A DNA stretch of 64,000 nt from a virus. Positions 20,901 through 28,827 of this stretch are shown one piece after another (position 1 is the stretch's first letter; each line of letters starts with the position of its first letter). The stretch lies in the IMG/VR virus record IMGVR_UViG_2044078006_000016, positions 762-64,761 of that record. One strand, written 5' to 3'. A program made the position numbers and the translations under genes. Below the pieces are notes generated by a model that did no database searches, was not told the DNA's origin, and saw only the letters and a program-made list of their open reading frames with translations.

Positions 20901-21035
20901 CGCCTGCATTTCATTCATCAGGCTGACGGCGGATTGCTCGGCCCGGCCGCCGGCCTTCGCCATCTCATCCAGGCTGGTTTTCGCCTGGATTGCATCGGCC
21001 GAGTCGATCTTGACGCCGAGTTCTGCAATGTTCAT
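17976..21035 (-). CDS. H: Tape measure protein
   Basis: 1019 aa Ala-rich helical protein; LILTGNYAG, lambda-type C-terminal GEAGAEAIMPL. Confidence 0.95.
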   Translation of the reverse strand: MNIAELGVKIDSADAIQAKTSLDEMAKAGGRAEQSAVSLMNEMQALEKSLSTSAKTTQDLAKQRDALTKLTKTGAYGEAEAAKISAQLDKQQIALAKSAMDEQKALNSLLCAIDPARAALAKLDTQVEQLGKHLDAGRINQEQYNQALKKIDGKYAEIDKTSSAFAGLGLNTKAARQNVVQLGNALAEGNIRVAAHNVLELGTNAGASAVRIAAMAAPIGLAVAAVGALAYGFVQGRAETNKYNNSLILTGNYAGVSAGQLGDMARQVSATVGSTGQAASVLALLADNGKIAGASFTEITQAAVSMQEATGKAVSETVAEFSKLADDPVKASAALNEQYHYLTASVYSQIEALEKQGDHAGAVKLATDAYADAINERTPKILANLSLWEKAYNAVARAADGIKNIGRRDINADIEGAKADLLDAQNMDGLFQNKKSKDALIEFRQDRLNMLEDEKAAQADIAKWEGDQAKAQGEAVSSMAKIDALTKSSWTNEQKRADALKDYKKQLDDIRKVAPNDPRLAQATVDKNIANINDKFKDPKAAGSQVDLTSFNNAKNDLAAITDTYKNYQKELDAAQKAGLLSEEDYLLRRRALIGNQLDQTKAAYEAEIAALEVAKGKKTTSSAQSIQLDQKIADARAGMVKAQKDADSQLEVLATNETGRLAKQERAISTYVQALGQQQRALELAGQRAVIGVGQGDRQNALSGELNSQQDRFAQQSLELANQKSDPSRNMSEEEFKRKSQALADANKAATDQIRQNYADVENAQGDWTKGATAAWDNYLDSARNVAGQTKSLFGNAFSSMEDAVVNFATTGKLSFADFTKSILADMARIATRQASSALLGSLVGAAASYFGGSAGGGNGLAAGSAGAASSNLGASAGGYSGSYFPQALGGAWSGGVQMFADGGAFTNSIVSKPTAFGMANGKTGVMGEAGAEAIMPLTRTSSGKLGVMAMGGGGAGATQINVEVHIDGDGNASSSADAPGYDLFGKELAAFVEQKYQQMRNKDMGQGGVINKAIKGR

Positions 21036-21062
21036 CGACTCACCTTGAATAAGTGCCCGTGC

Positions 21063-21392
21063 TCACGGGCTGTTTTCCCTTTCCTCCGCCATGACGCGCA
21101 GGGCTTCGCCTTCCAGCACCTGAAGGTCAGGGAAGATTTCAGCGAGTTTCTTTTTCTTGAGTCCGAGGAACCCGGCCACGTCGCGGATGCAGTTGTAATC
21201 GAGGCCGATCGCGCCGCCGGCGCCCGCCCGCCACTGAGTCGACATCCTGTTGAACAGGTAGAACGCCGGCCAGTTGCAGGGCCAGACCTCGGTTACCTCT
21301 TCGAGGTCTCCCGGGGCAAGCCCGAACAATCCCATCAGTTCAGCCGGTGCCGCCGGCCCGTAGAGTGCGCGAGCGGCGTCCGTCAGTTTCCC
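21063..21392 (-). CDS. Tail assembly chaperone, T portion (made as GT by -1 frameshift)
   Basis: The -1 frame is open from the slippery site through LTDAARALYG into track ORF 21063..21335. Confidence 0.8.
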   Translation of the reverse strand, partial: GKLTDAARALYGPAAPAELMGLFGLAPGDLEEVTEVWPCNWPAFYLFNRMSTQWRAGAGGAIGLDYNCIRDVAGFLGLKKKKLAEIFPDLQVLEGEALRVMAEERENSP

Positions 21393-21763
21393 AAGCGGGC
21401 CTGATTGAACGCGCTCTGATAGGCATTCACGACCGCCTCAGCGGCGCCCTGGCAGGACGTCACCAACGCACGAATGCTCTTGTCGTCGAACTTGTCATCG
21501 AAGCCCCAGCCGACCACCAAGTCCTTGATCTGCTGCGACTGCTGCTCGGTGTCAGCGGCAACGATTTCGGAAAGCGTTGGGCTTTCACCCAGGGAGGTCC
21601 GAGCTTCATCGCGCTTCAGGTTCCACTCATCAAACAGCGCGGCAAGCCCCGGGCGATCCCGATACTTAAAGGTGAATTCGATTTTCTCGGGCTCACCTCC
21701 AACGATAGGGATCGACACGAAGGCCTTGAACGTCGGGTTTTGGGCGATTCTGATCTTTGCCAT
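21383..21763 (-). CDS. G: Tail assembly chaperone G
   Basis: Lies between the tail tube gene and the tape measure gene; ends in the slippery site. Confidence 0.85.
   Translation of the reverse strand: MAKIRIAQNPTFKAFVSIPIVGGEPEKIEFTFKYRDRPGLAALFDEWNLKRDEARTSLGESPTLSEIVAADTEQQSQQIKDLVVGWGFDDKFDDKSIRALVTSCQGAAEAVVNAYQSAFNQARLGN
21386..21392 (-). other. Programmed -1 ribosomal frameshift heptamer G-GGA-AAC
   Basis: X-XXY-YYZ motif in the correct frame immediately before the G stop codon (TTG GGA AAC TGA). Confidence 0.85.
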
Positions 21764-21766
21764 GGG

Positions 21767-22423
21767 TTACGCCACCGCAGTCAGGTAACGGGTCGGCTCG
21801 GCCTGCAGCGCCAAGTTGACGGTGCGCGTCAACAGATTGTTGCGGGAGACTGCCGGCTGCTTGGAGAACGACGTGTAGGTGCCGTACAGCAGGGTGTCAT
21901 TGCCGGGCAGGTTGAGGCGCGCTGCTTCAATCTGCTTGCCGGCGTCAGCTTTCAGCAGAACGCCGTTGAAGGCCTGGGCCGGGTCGTCAGCGATGGTCAG
22001 CACCATGCTTGCCGCCGATTTGTCGGTGGGGATTTGTTTGCCCTGGTCATCCTCAAGGAAAACCACGTCGAGGTAGTTCTGCTCGCCGCCGGAGAAAGCA
22101 ACGTCGGAAATCTGCGGGATCTGCACCCAGGTCAGCACCTTGCGCATAGTGCCTGCTCCGCCAGCGGCCGGGAAAACCTGAGTATCCGTGGTGTCGATAC
22201 CTTCCAGGGTGATAGCCGTCGCGGTGGCCGCCTTCACGCGTACAACCTTGCTATCCAGCTTGCTCCAGCCGGACGTGAGCAGAACGATATCGCCGGCGGC
22301 AATGGTGCCGCCGACTACAGTAGCCACCGCCTCGCTCGCATTGCTGATGGCAGCGAACGCCAGTGCCGCGCCGTAGGTTGCGGCGTGCTGGAAGGTGCCG
22401 CCGTTCGGGAGTTTGTAGCCCAT
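21767..22423 (-). CDS. Major tail (tube) protein
   Basis: MGYKLPNGG start after a GAGG SD; W.QIPQI...SGGEQ...FLEDD motif. Confidence 0.88.
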   Translation of the reverse strand: MGYKLPNGGTFQHAATYGAALAFAAISNASEAVATVVGGTIAAGDIVLLTSGWSKLDSKVVRVKAATATAITLEGIDTTDTQVFPAAGGAGTMRKVLTWVQIPQISDVAFSGGEQNYLDVVFLEDDQGKQIPTDKSAASMVLTIADDPAQAFNGVLLKADAGKQIEAARLNLPGNDTLLYGTYTSFSKQPAVSRNNLLTRTVNLALQAEPTRYLTAVA

Positions 22424-22447
22424 GGGTATTTCCTCTTTGCAGATATG

Positions 22448-22472
22448 AAAAAACCCGCTCAATGGCGGGTTT
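22448..22472 (-). terminator. Intrinsic terminator upstream of the tail tube gene
   Basis: AAACCCGCC-ATTGA-GCGGGTTTTTT. Confidence 0.65.
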
Positions 22473-22495
22473 GTGGGTTTGCCCAATGGGCGGGA

Positions 22496-22912
22496 TCAGT
22501 AGGTGTCGGCTCGGTATAAGAACGAAACCGGGACGGTGTAGGTGGAATCGCCGGTGATGCCGGGGCCTGGATCGACTGGCGACATGGTCACCACGGTGAC
22601 CGAGCCCTTCGTGTCCCGTGCGTAGAGAGGGAACAGGTCGGTCAGTTCAGCCGCTATAGGGTTCGTCTTGTTCTTACCCGTGCCCGCCGGTGCGATGATG
22701 CTGGCCTGAAACACACCGGTGAACAGCCGGTGATCACCGCCGAGCGTGTTGCTCGCGGTGTCGCCCGGGATAGTGAAGGCTCGCAGGTAGGTCTCGCCTG
22801 CTGCCGGCGTGTAGGCCGTGTTCTCGAAAACGATTTTCAGCTTCTCCGACCTGGCAGCGTTCCAGGCGATCAGCTTGGCCTCGTAGATTGAGGCGATGAT
22901 TGCGTGTGACAT
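22496..22912 (-). CDS. Tail terminator-like protein
   Basis: MSHAIIASIYE start; FEN..YTP...YLR...G.FQ.SI..PAG.G; expected position before the tube gene. Confidence 0.8.
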   Translation of the reverse strand: MSHAIIASIYEAKLIAWNAARSEKLKIVFENTAYTPAAGETYLRAFTIPGDTASNTLGGDHRLFTGVFQASIIAPAGTGKNKTNPIAAELTDLFPLYARDTKGSVTVVTMSPVDPGPGITGDSTYTVPVSFLYRADTY

Positions 22913-23106
22913 CAGGTCACCTCGTAGACAAGCGAAGGCGATACGCCACGCAAGCTTTGCTCTCGACCGCAGAGGGCACACTGGTGCAGGTACTGCGCAG
23001 GAAGCGACAGCATTACCGGGGCGTTTTCGACTTGCACCAGCCTTCCGCCGCAATCGCAAAGCTTGTAGCGCATCACCGGGCGAACCAGCACGTCTTCGAA
23101 CTTCAT
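22912..23106 (-). CDS. Small Zn-ribbon protein (CDC...CxxC)
   Basis: 64 aa, start and stop both overlap the neighbouring genes. Confidence 0.6.
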   Translation of the reverse strand: MKFEDVLVRPVMRYKLCDCGGRLVQVENAPVMLSLPAQYLHQCALCGREQSLRGVSPSLVYEVT

Positions 23107-23759
23107 ACCTGGTTGTTCCTGATGGCCTCCAGCACTATCTGCTGAAAGCGAGCCACGGTTACCCGGACCATGCCGCCGGGGGCCTGGGTGGAATGGCCGA
23201 ACTCCAGCGGAATCGCGTAGGGCAAGTTGTTTACGATGAAAGCCGTCTCGCCGGCCTTAAACTCAATGGCGCCCGCCACAAGCCGCGCAGTCGCCTCGGC
23301 CCCTGTCGGGTCCGGGTGAATGCGGAAGCTGTTGTCGACAGAGCCAATAGAGAAATTCCAGTTCGCCCGGAAGCGGCCGCCGACATAGTCCTTACCGGCG
23401 ACCAGGCCATTCACGTTGAAATTCTGGTCGCGCTCAGTCTTTGTCAGCGGCTTGGCGTATTTCACGCCGCGCTTGAGGTTACCCGCCTTCGTGAAGTTCG
23501 ATTCGTTCAGGTTAATGAGCGTGTTGCGGACGGCGACTTTGAAGTCGTAGTCATCGGCAGCGCGGGAGTTGGCCTCGCGATGAGCAACGTTGGCGGCCCA
23601 TATTTCAGGGTTGCCCACCGGCGACATACGAATGATGCTGCTACCAATCTCGATGATGATCTCGCGCAGGCTCGCGTCGATTGCTTCACTGGTCTGGGCG
23701 GCGAACTCGGCCAGGCTCAGTGCGAAACTGCCGGACTGCTCGGCACCTGCCCGGCTCAC
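23103..23759 (-). CDS. Neck protein (HK97 gp10-like)
   Basis: SPVG...GGRFRANW...NNLPYAIPLEFGHSTQAPGGMV. Confidence 0.85.
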   Translation of the reverse strand: MSRAGAEQSGSFALSLAEFAAQTSEAIDASLREIIIEIGSSIIRMSPVGNPEIWAANVAHREANSRAADDYDFKVAVRNTLINLNESNFTKAGNLKRGVKYAKPLTKTERDQNFNVNGLVAGKDYVGGRFRANWNFSIGSVDNSFRIHPDPTGAEATARLVAGAIEFKAGETAFIVNNLPYAIPLEFGHSTQAPGGMVRVTVARFQQIVLEAIRNNQV

Positions 23760-24124
23760 GAACGCACCTGCAGCTCATACAAGATCGGCGTTCCGGCGGG
23801 GTTTACCTCTTTCAGCGGCGGGACGATTGCCCAAGTGCGGCCCTGAGCGACGACCTTGTCGAGCAAACCCGGCACCCAGGCCAATCCTTGCGCGGCGATC
23901 TTGAGCTTCTTGTCGCCCTGCCGGATGAGGCTGTTGTTTTGGAACTCTTGGCCGGTGAAATCGAGCAGGATGCCTTGGGCGGCTTGCTCGATGGTTACGC
24001 CTGGCGCTTCGCCGGCCGTCTCCGGGTCGTACTCAGCAGGCTCCGTCTTGCTGATGGTCACAGGCTGGCCGAACTCTGTGATCATATCCAGAGCCATCAC
24101 GGCCATTTCGTCGTAAAAGGCCAT
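23756..24124 (-). CDS. Head closure / head-tail joining protein
   Basis: FGQPVTI...YDP...IRQGDKKL...LQVR; position in the neck module. Confidence 0.75.
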   Translation of the reverse strand: MAFYDEMAVMALDMITEFGQPVTISKTEPAEYDPETAGEAPGVTIEQAAQGILLDFTGQEFQNNSLIRQGDKKLKIAAQGLAWVPGLLDKVVAQGRTWAIVPPLKEVNPAGTPILYELQVRS

Positions 24125-24140
24125 GGTGGCTCCAGATGTG

Positions 24141-24165
24141 AAAAGCCCAGCACTATGGCTGGGCT
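24141..24165 (-). terminator. Intrinsic terminator after moron 24176..24367
   Basis: AGCCCAGC-CATAGT-GCTGGGCTTTT. Confidence 0.7.
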
Positions 24166-24175
24166 AAGGATGGAA

Positions 24176-24367
24176 TCAGTTCTCTTCCCAGAGTTGGTCT
24201 AGCTTCACGCGGCGGCGAATCAACATTGCATTTGCGTAGTGCACCGCCTCATCGGCAAGCTCATCGTTGTCAGCCGGACCTCTTGAAGCAATAGCGGTAA
24301 TAGCTGCCGCTGCATACAAGTCCCAGGCCTCAATTTCTTTTTCTGTAACGCTTTTCTGGTCAGCCAT
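24176..24367 (-). CDS. Small hypothetical moron
   Basis: 63 aa, GGAG SD, AT-richer than its neighbours, own terminator. Confidence 0.6.
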   Translation of the reverse strand: MADQKSVTEKEIEAWDLYAAAAITAIASRGPADNDELADEAVHYANAMLIRRRVKLDQLWEEN

Positions 24368-24401
24368 TTCAGAGCTCCATTAATGAGCCCTAACGCTAAC
24401 A

Positions 24402-24905
24402 TCATGCACGTATAGCGAACAGCCCGCGCTTTTGTAGGTAGTCGGCAAACTGGGTTGCACTCGGCCGATCAGGCGCTGCTGGCAGCAGCCGGTTACTGGT
24501 GGATGGGATCGCCGCGTATTGCCGCGTCACAGCCCCCTCAACACGATCCAGCAGCACCGCGCCTTTGCGTTTTTCCACCGGGTCGATATCGTCCTGATGG
24601 ATTTCGGCGGCCAAGGCCATCTGCCCGTACTGGATCCGCGCCGGCAGGTAGTTGTTCGGCTTGATCTCGTGATCCAGCAGTACTTCCCGGCGCGGCCAGG
24701 ATAGGGCCTGCTCGCTGTTCGTCTTGCGGCCCTTCCAGGTCATGCCATCCATCGCCAAGGCGGCCCGACGCAGCAGCGCTTCCTGCGCAGGAGCGTCGGC
24801 AGGGATGACCACACCGAACTTACCGGCGTACATGACCAGGTCCGCAGCACTCGCGTAGCTTTCGGCGTCAGGAAGCCCTTGTCCGGTCTCGATCATGAGT
24901 GTCAT
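24402..24905 (-). CDS. Head-tail adaptor (phage DnaT-like family)
   Basis: IETGQG..DAESYAS...W.G......Q.L.WPR motif. Confidence 0.75.
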   Translation of the reverse strand: MTLMIETGQGLPDAESYASAADLVMYAGKFGVVIPADAPAQEALLRRAALAMDGMTWKGRKTNSEQALSWPRREVLLDHEIKPNNYLPARIQYGQMALAAEIHQDDIDPVEKRKGAVLLDRVEGAVTRQYAAIPSTSNRLLPAAPDRPSATQFADYLQKRGLFAIRA

Positions 24906-24964
24906 GCGTCAACTCGCTGGAATGGTTTGTAAATTGGCCGCCGGGTGACCGACAGCCAGCAGTA

Positions 24965-25549
24965 TTACTCCTTGGGCAACTCAGCGACGAGCTTTTCCAG
25001 GGATTCTTTGGAGGCGTTGGCCCGATACTGAATCTTGGCTTCGTCGAGCTTTGCTTTCAGCGCCGCGACTTCACCGGTCTCATCAGCCGGCGGCGTGAGG
25101 GCAGACTTCTTCAGCGCTTCAACCTCTCCGCGAAGTGCGTCGACAGTCAAGGCCAGACCGTCACGTTCAGTGGTCAACTCACCTACCGAAGCATGGATGT
25201 TGCCCAGCACGTCAAACAAGCGCAACGCCAGTTCGCCGGACTCTGGACGGTGAATCTCGCCAGCTTCCAGACCGTCAACAAGGATCTGGATCGATCCATG
25301 CTCAGCACGCAAAGCCGCGATCACCTTTTCCAGCTCGGCTTGGCTGCCCGCACCAACAATCTGCGCCCGCTTGGCTTCCTTCACCGACACATCGATGCCG
25401 GCTGCTTCGTACGCATTGACCACGCTCGGCCAATCGCCAATCACCAGCACGCTGGTCACATCCGCTTCGGGCTTATCGAAGTGTTCCGGATTGCGGTAAC
25501 GCTTCTCCGGGTCGAAGCCGCTCAGCTGGTTGCTGTAAGTCAGTTCCAT
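24965..25549 (-). CDS. Capsid-adjacent protein with C-terminal HeH/LEM-like helix pair
   Basis: C-terminal LKAKLDEAKIQYRANASKESLEKLV; follows the capsid gene. Confidence 0.65.
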   Translation of the reverse strand: MELTYSNQLSGFDPEKRYRNPEHFDKPEADVTSVLVIGDWPSVVNAYEAAGIDVSVKEAKRAQIVGAGSQAELEKVIAALRAEHGSIQILVDGLEAGEIHRPESGELALRLFDVLGNIHASVGELTTERDGLALTVDALRGEVEALKKSALTPPADETGEVAALKAKLDEAKIQYRANASKESLEKLVAELPKE

Positions 25550-25596
25550 GTGTTTCTCCAAGGCGGCCAGTGCTAACCGCGCGTTGAGTTTGAGGC

Positions 25597-26562
25597 TTAA
25601 CCGCCAGTAACAGGAGGCGTTGGGGTCAGTGTGATCATCACGCCGGCAGTAACCTTGTTGCTGCCCGCATGTTTGACCCAGTTGGCAGCGGAGCCAACGG
25701 CAGCCAGGGTCGGATTGGAGCCGCCAGTGGTGGCTTTCCAGCTGTAACCCAGCACATCGATGTTCACTGTGCCTTCAGCCCGGTAGCCGATGCTCAGGTT
25801 TTCTTCGTCGTTCACTTCGTAGGAACGGAAGCCCGGCGCCTGCGACTCGGTAATGGTCACGGCGTTTGGCAGCAGGCCGAAAATCACGTCCGACGGCGCG
25901 GTATCGGTTACCAGTACCGGCTTGCCCAGAGTGCCCGGCAGGCCGCCGTAGATCACAACGCCAGCTTCTTCGTAGATCTTGTTGGTGATGGCTTCGTCGA
26001 CGATGTCGAAGTAGGCGCTGGAGTGCATGACCCACAGAGCAATACGGCCGAACTTGTCGCCGAACTTGCGCATACCGCGAGTCAGCGTCTTCTTGCCATC
26101 GGTTTCGATGTTGGCCGAAACCACCATGTCAGCGTTGGAACCGATGGCGGCACGCAGGCCAGCAGTAGCGTACTGGATGAAGCCTTCCAGGGTCGCATCA
26201 GCGACGTCGGCGCCGACGATCTGGGAGAACTCCTCGACCGGACGACCGCGGCGCTTGAATGCCTCTTCGGTGGTTTGGTAGGGGCCGTACTTCCAGGGAG
26301 CTTTGACGCCGACAGCCTCGCCGGCGCTGATCTTCTTGGCAGTTACCTTGCCGTCGGAGTTGACGTCACGATGCTCCAGAGAGCCGTTCAGCTTGTAGAG
26401 CGCGCGCTTGCGGAAGTCGCCTTCGATCAGCTCGTTGTCCAGCACCATCGCGCCGTTGGACGATGCGTTGAACACGTCCAGGTTGTCCTGGACACGCTCC
26501 AGGTATGCGGTTTGCGCCTCATCGTTGTAGATGATCAGGTCGCTGTTAACGGTTGTAGCCAT
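25597..26562 (-). CDS. Major capsid protein
   Basis: 321 aa after the scaffold gene; LPGTLGKPVLVTD motif typical of HK97-fold coats. Confidence 0.85.
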   Translation of the reverse strand: MATTVNSDLIIYNDEAQTAYLERVQDNLDVFNASSNGAMVLDNELIEGDFRKRALYKLNGSLEHRDVNSDGKVTAKKISAGEAVGVKAPWKYGPYQTTEEAFKRRGRPVEEFSQIVGADVADATLEGFIQYATAGLRAAIGSNADMVVSANIETDGKKTLTRGMRKFGDKFGRIALWVMHSSAYFDIVDEAITNKIYEEAGVVIYGGLPGTLGKPVLVTDTAPSDVIFGLLPNAVTITESQAPGFRSYEVNDEENLSIGYRAEGTVNIDVLGYSWKATTGGSNPTLAAVGSAANWVKHAGSNKVTAGVMITLTPTPPVTGG

Positions 26563-26574
26563 GGGTCAATCCCC

Positions 26575-27303
26575 TTACTTGGGCAATGCGAGATATGCGG
26601 TTTGGCCGTGCTTGCGCTGAAAGTCGCGCTTCTGCTCGGAGGTCATTTCGGAGCGCTTGAATGCAGCCTTGCCGCCACCCCCGCCCGGGGCAAATGTCCC
26701 TGAAGCCCTTGGCCACAGATGAGGTGCGCTTTCGCGCAGAGATTCCGCCCATTCGAGCGGAGTCAGAGGGGTCTTACCGTCTTTACCGAGGATGACCTGT
26801 CCGGATTCATCAACGGCGACTGCATCGCCATCTTCGTTAAGCGTGAACACGCCTTTGGCGCGGAGGATGATGTCGTCGGTTGCTTCCGGCAGAGCGCCGG
26901 CCTTCAGTGCCGCACCGCGTACCGAGTCACCCAGAACCTTGCCCTGGAACTTGGCAGCAAAGGATTCGGCCTTCTCGGCGCGCTCGCTGATGGTCTTCAA
27001 CTGCTTGTCGTAGTCACCACGCAGGCGCTCGGTGCGTCGATTGAAGACCTCGTCCACCTTGCCCTCGGTCAAGAGCTTGGTTTCTTCGTCCTGGCCGGCA
27101 CGACTGAGCATGCCTTTGACGGCGTCGATGTCGATACCCTCAAACTGGGTTTCGAACTGAGTCAGCTTGCCCGAGGTTTCCTTCAGCTTGCCCAGCAGTT
27201 CCGAGTTCTTGGTTTTCAAACCGGAGACGGATGCTTCAACGGCAGTCGCGATAGCGGCCTTGATTGCCGGGTTTTCCAGGTCGACTTCGTTTTCTTCTGC
27301 CAC
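26575..27303 (-). CDS. Capsid scaffolding protein
   Basis: GLKTKNSELL coiled coil, acidic, C-terminal GGGG...SEMT.EQK; lies directly upstream of the capsid gene. Confidence 0.8.
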   Translation of the reverse strand: MAEENEVDLENPAIKAAIATAVEASVSGLKTKNSELLGKLKETSGKLTQFETQFEGIDIDAVKGMLSRAGQDEETKLLTEGKVDEVFNRRTERLRGDYDKQLKTISERAEKAESFAAKFQGKVLGDSVRGAALKAGALPEATDDIILRAKGVFTLNEDGDAVAVDESGQVILGKDGKTPLTPLEWAESLRESAPHLWPRASGTFAPGGGGGKAAFKRSEMTSEQKRDFQRKHGQTAYLALPK

Positions 27304-27346
27304 TTTAATGCACCCCTTGAGTATGTATTGCCCGAATTTCAGGCGT

Positions 27347-27374
27347 AAAAAAACCCAGCACTTGGCTGGGCTTT
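27347..27374 (-). terminator. Intrinsic terminator after moron 27396..27716
   Basis: CCCAGC-CAAGT-GCTGGG followed by a T run. Confidence 0.7.
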
Positions 27375-27395
27375 ATCTGTAATAAGTTTTATCGA

Positions 27396-27716
27396 TTAAA
27401 TTAAATAAATTTCTAAAACTTCGCCGCTTCCGGCCAAACGCATGCCTGTATGATCCGCTGCATTAATGACGCTACGCGCAGATTTAATTCGAGCTAATTT
27501 TTCGATTGCCTCATCAGAACCCATGTTATCGAAATGAGTGACCAAGGAGTCGTCCGGGAGAGTTCCGTCAGCCACAAGTCTCGCCGTTAGGTTTTTTATT
27601 TGAGCTTTTGCGGCTTTAACCGAAAGCACACATTTTTTGTGGTCAACACCGAGCAAAAACAATTCCTCGATCTTTCGGAGGTCGGTGTTGCGTACGTTAT
27701 TAAGCATAAGGGCCAT
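27396..27716 (-). CDS. AT-rich hypothetical moron in the head module
   Basis: 106 aa, AAGGA SD, codon usage unlike the flanking genes, own terminator. Confidence 0.65.
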   Translation of the reverse strand: MALMLNNVRNTDLRKIEELFLLGVDHKKCVLSVKAAKAQIKNLTARLVADGTLPDDSLVTHFDNMGSDEAIEKLARIKSARSVINAADHTGMRLAGSGEVLEIYLI

Positions 27717-27735
27717 CCTTGACTAGCGGTTTCAG

Positions 27736-28827
27736 TCAGGGTAGCAATTGCGCGCGGACGAACGCTAGCGGTTCTAGTTTTTTCATCTGAGAAAGAGTCA
27801 GCGGCGCAAAGTTGCGATCGAGCTGCAGCTCTGTGAATCGTTCGATACTCAGACCGCCTTTGCGAAACAGCTTGGCTCGCATAGGGCCGATAGCCTCATC
27901 CTGGAACGATGCCGGCTGCTGCTGTAGCCAATGGTAGTAATCGAGGTCAGCATTGACCTGTTGCCCGCCATTGGCGCCAACAGAAGCCCGCGTAGCGCCT
28001 TTGGCGAACATTGCGCTGAGCTTGGTCAGCAATATGAACGTGGTTCGGCAGTTCGGGTGGAACGGCGGCCTTGGCCCGGAATCCACCGGAAACTTGCGCT
28101 TGTCCATCGAGCGGCATTGCTGGCTGGTCTTGCTGTCCAGGGTAGCCACCATCTGGATCTCTTCAACGATATTCGTGTTGGCCTTCGCCACCTCCATGCG
28201 CGCTTGGGACGACACGTGCTGAATAGCGGTGTGTACGACCGTGCTGGCATTGCGGTTGGTGGTAGCGAGAATTCCGTCCTTGTAGCCGGCTGCCTTGGTG
28301 CCGCGAATGTTCGTGATGATCTGAAAGTTAGTCTGGCCTTCGAAAAAGCCCTGCCGGATAGTGCCGGTGACACGCTCACGCTCGGCGCTAGTCCAGCCCT
28401 TGATGAAGGCCTTAAGCAGCTTCCCGCCGCCAGTACCGCGCACGCTGAGCGGGTTTGTCAGCACAGCGGTGCGGATGGCAGCGGCCGTCGGCGCGACCAC
28501 ATCCAGCGAAACGCCAACCGGCGCCGATCTGGCAAGACTGGTTGCCTCAAATTCGGCCTCGTAGTTGGCGATGTCCACTAGGTCGAGGTTCAGTTGCGCG
28601 CTGTAGCGGTCGAAGATGCCCAGCAGCAGGCTATCCACCTCTTTCAGCAGCGCTTCCAGGCGCTTGACGTTGTACTCAGTCAGGTCCGACTGGATCAGCC
28701 GATCCCGTATAGATCGGTCAATCTCCTTGAGGAAGGGTGCAAACTTGCCCACCTCCCCCGCCTTGAGCTTTTCGAGGAAGACTGCGTGCCGGATCGTGGC
28801 GTCAAGGATTGCTTGGTTTGCCGCCAT
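27736..28827 (-). CDS. Minor head protein (Mu F / SPP1 gp7 family)
   Basis: ATLDSKTS..CRS.D...PPFHPNCR motif. Confidence 0.9.
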   Translation of the reverse strand: MAANQAILDATIRHAVFLEKLKAGEVGKFAPFLKEIDRSIRDRLIQSDLTEYNVKRLEALLKEVDSLLLGIFDRYSAQLNLDLVDIANYEAEFEATSLARSAPVGVSLDVVAPTAAAIRTAVLTNPLSVRGTGGGKLLKAFIKGWTSAERERVTGTIRQGFFEGQTNFQIITNIRGTKAAGYKDGILATTNRNASTVVHTAIQHVSSQARMEVAKANTNIVEEIQMVATLDSKTSQQCRSMDKRKFPVDSGPRPPFHPNCRTTFILLTKLSAMFAKGATRASVGANGGQQVNADLDYYHWLQQQPASFQDEAIGPMRAKLFRKGGLSIERFTELQLDRNFAPLTLSQMKKLEPLAFVRAQLLP

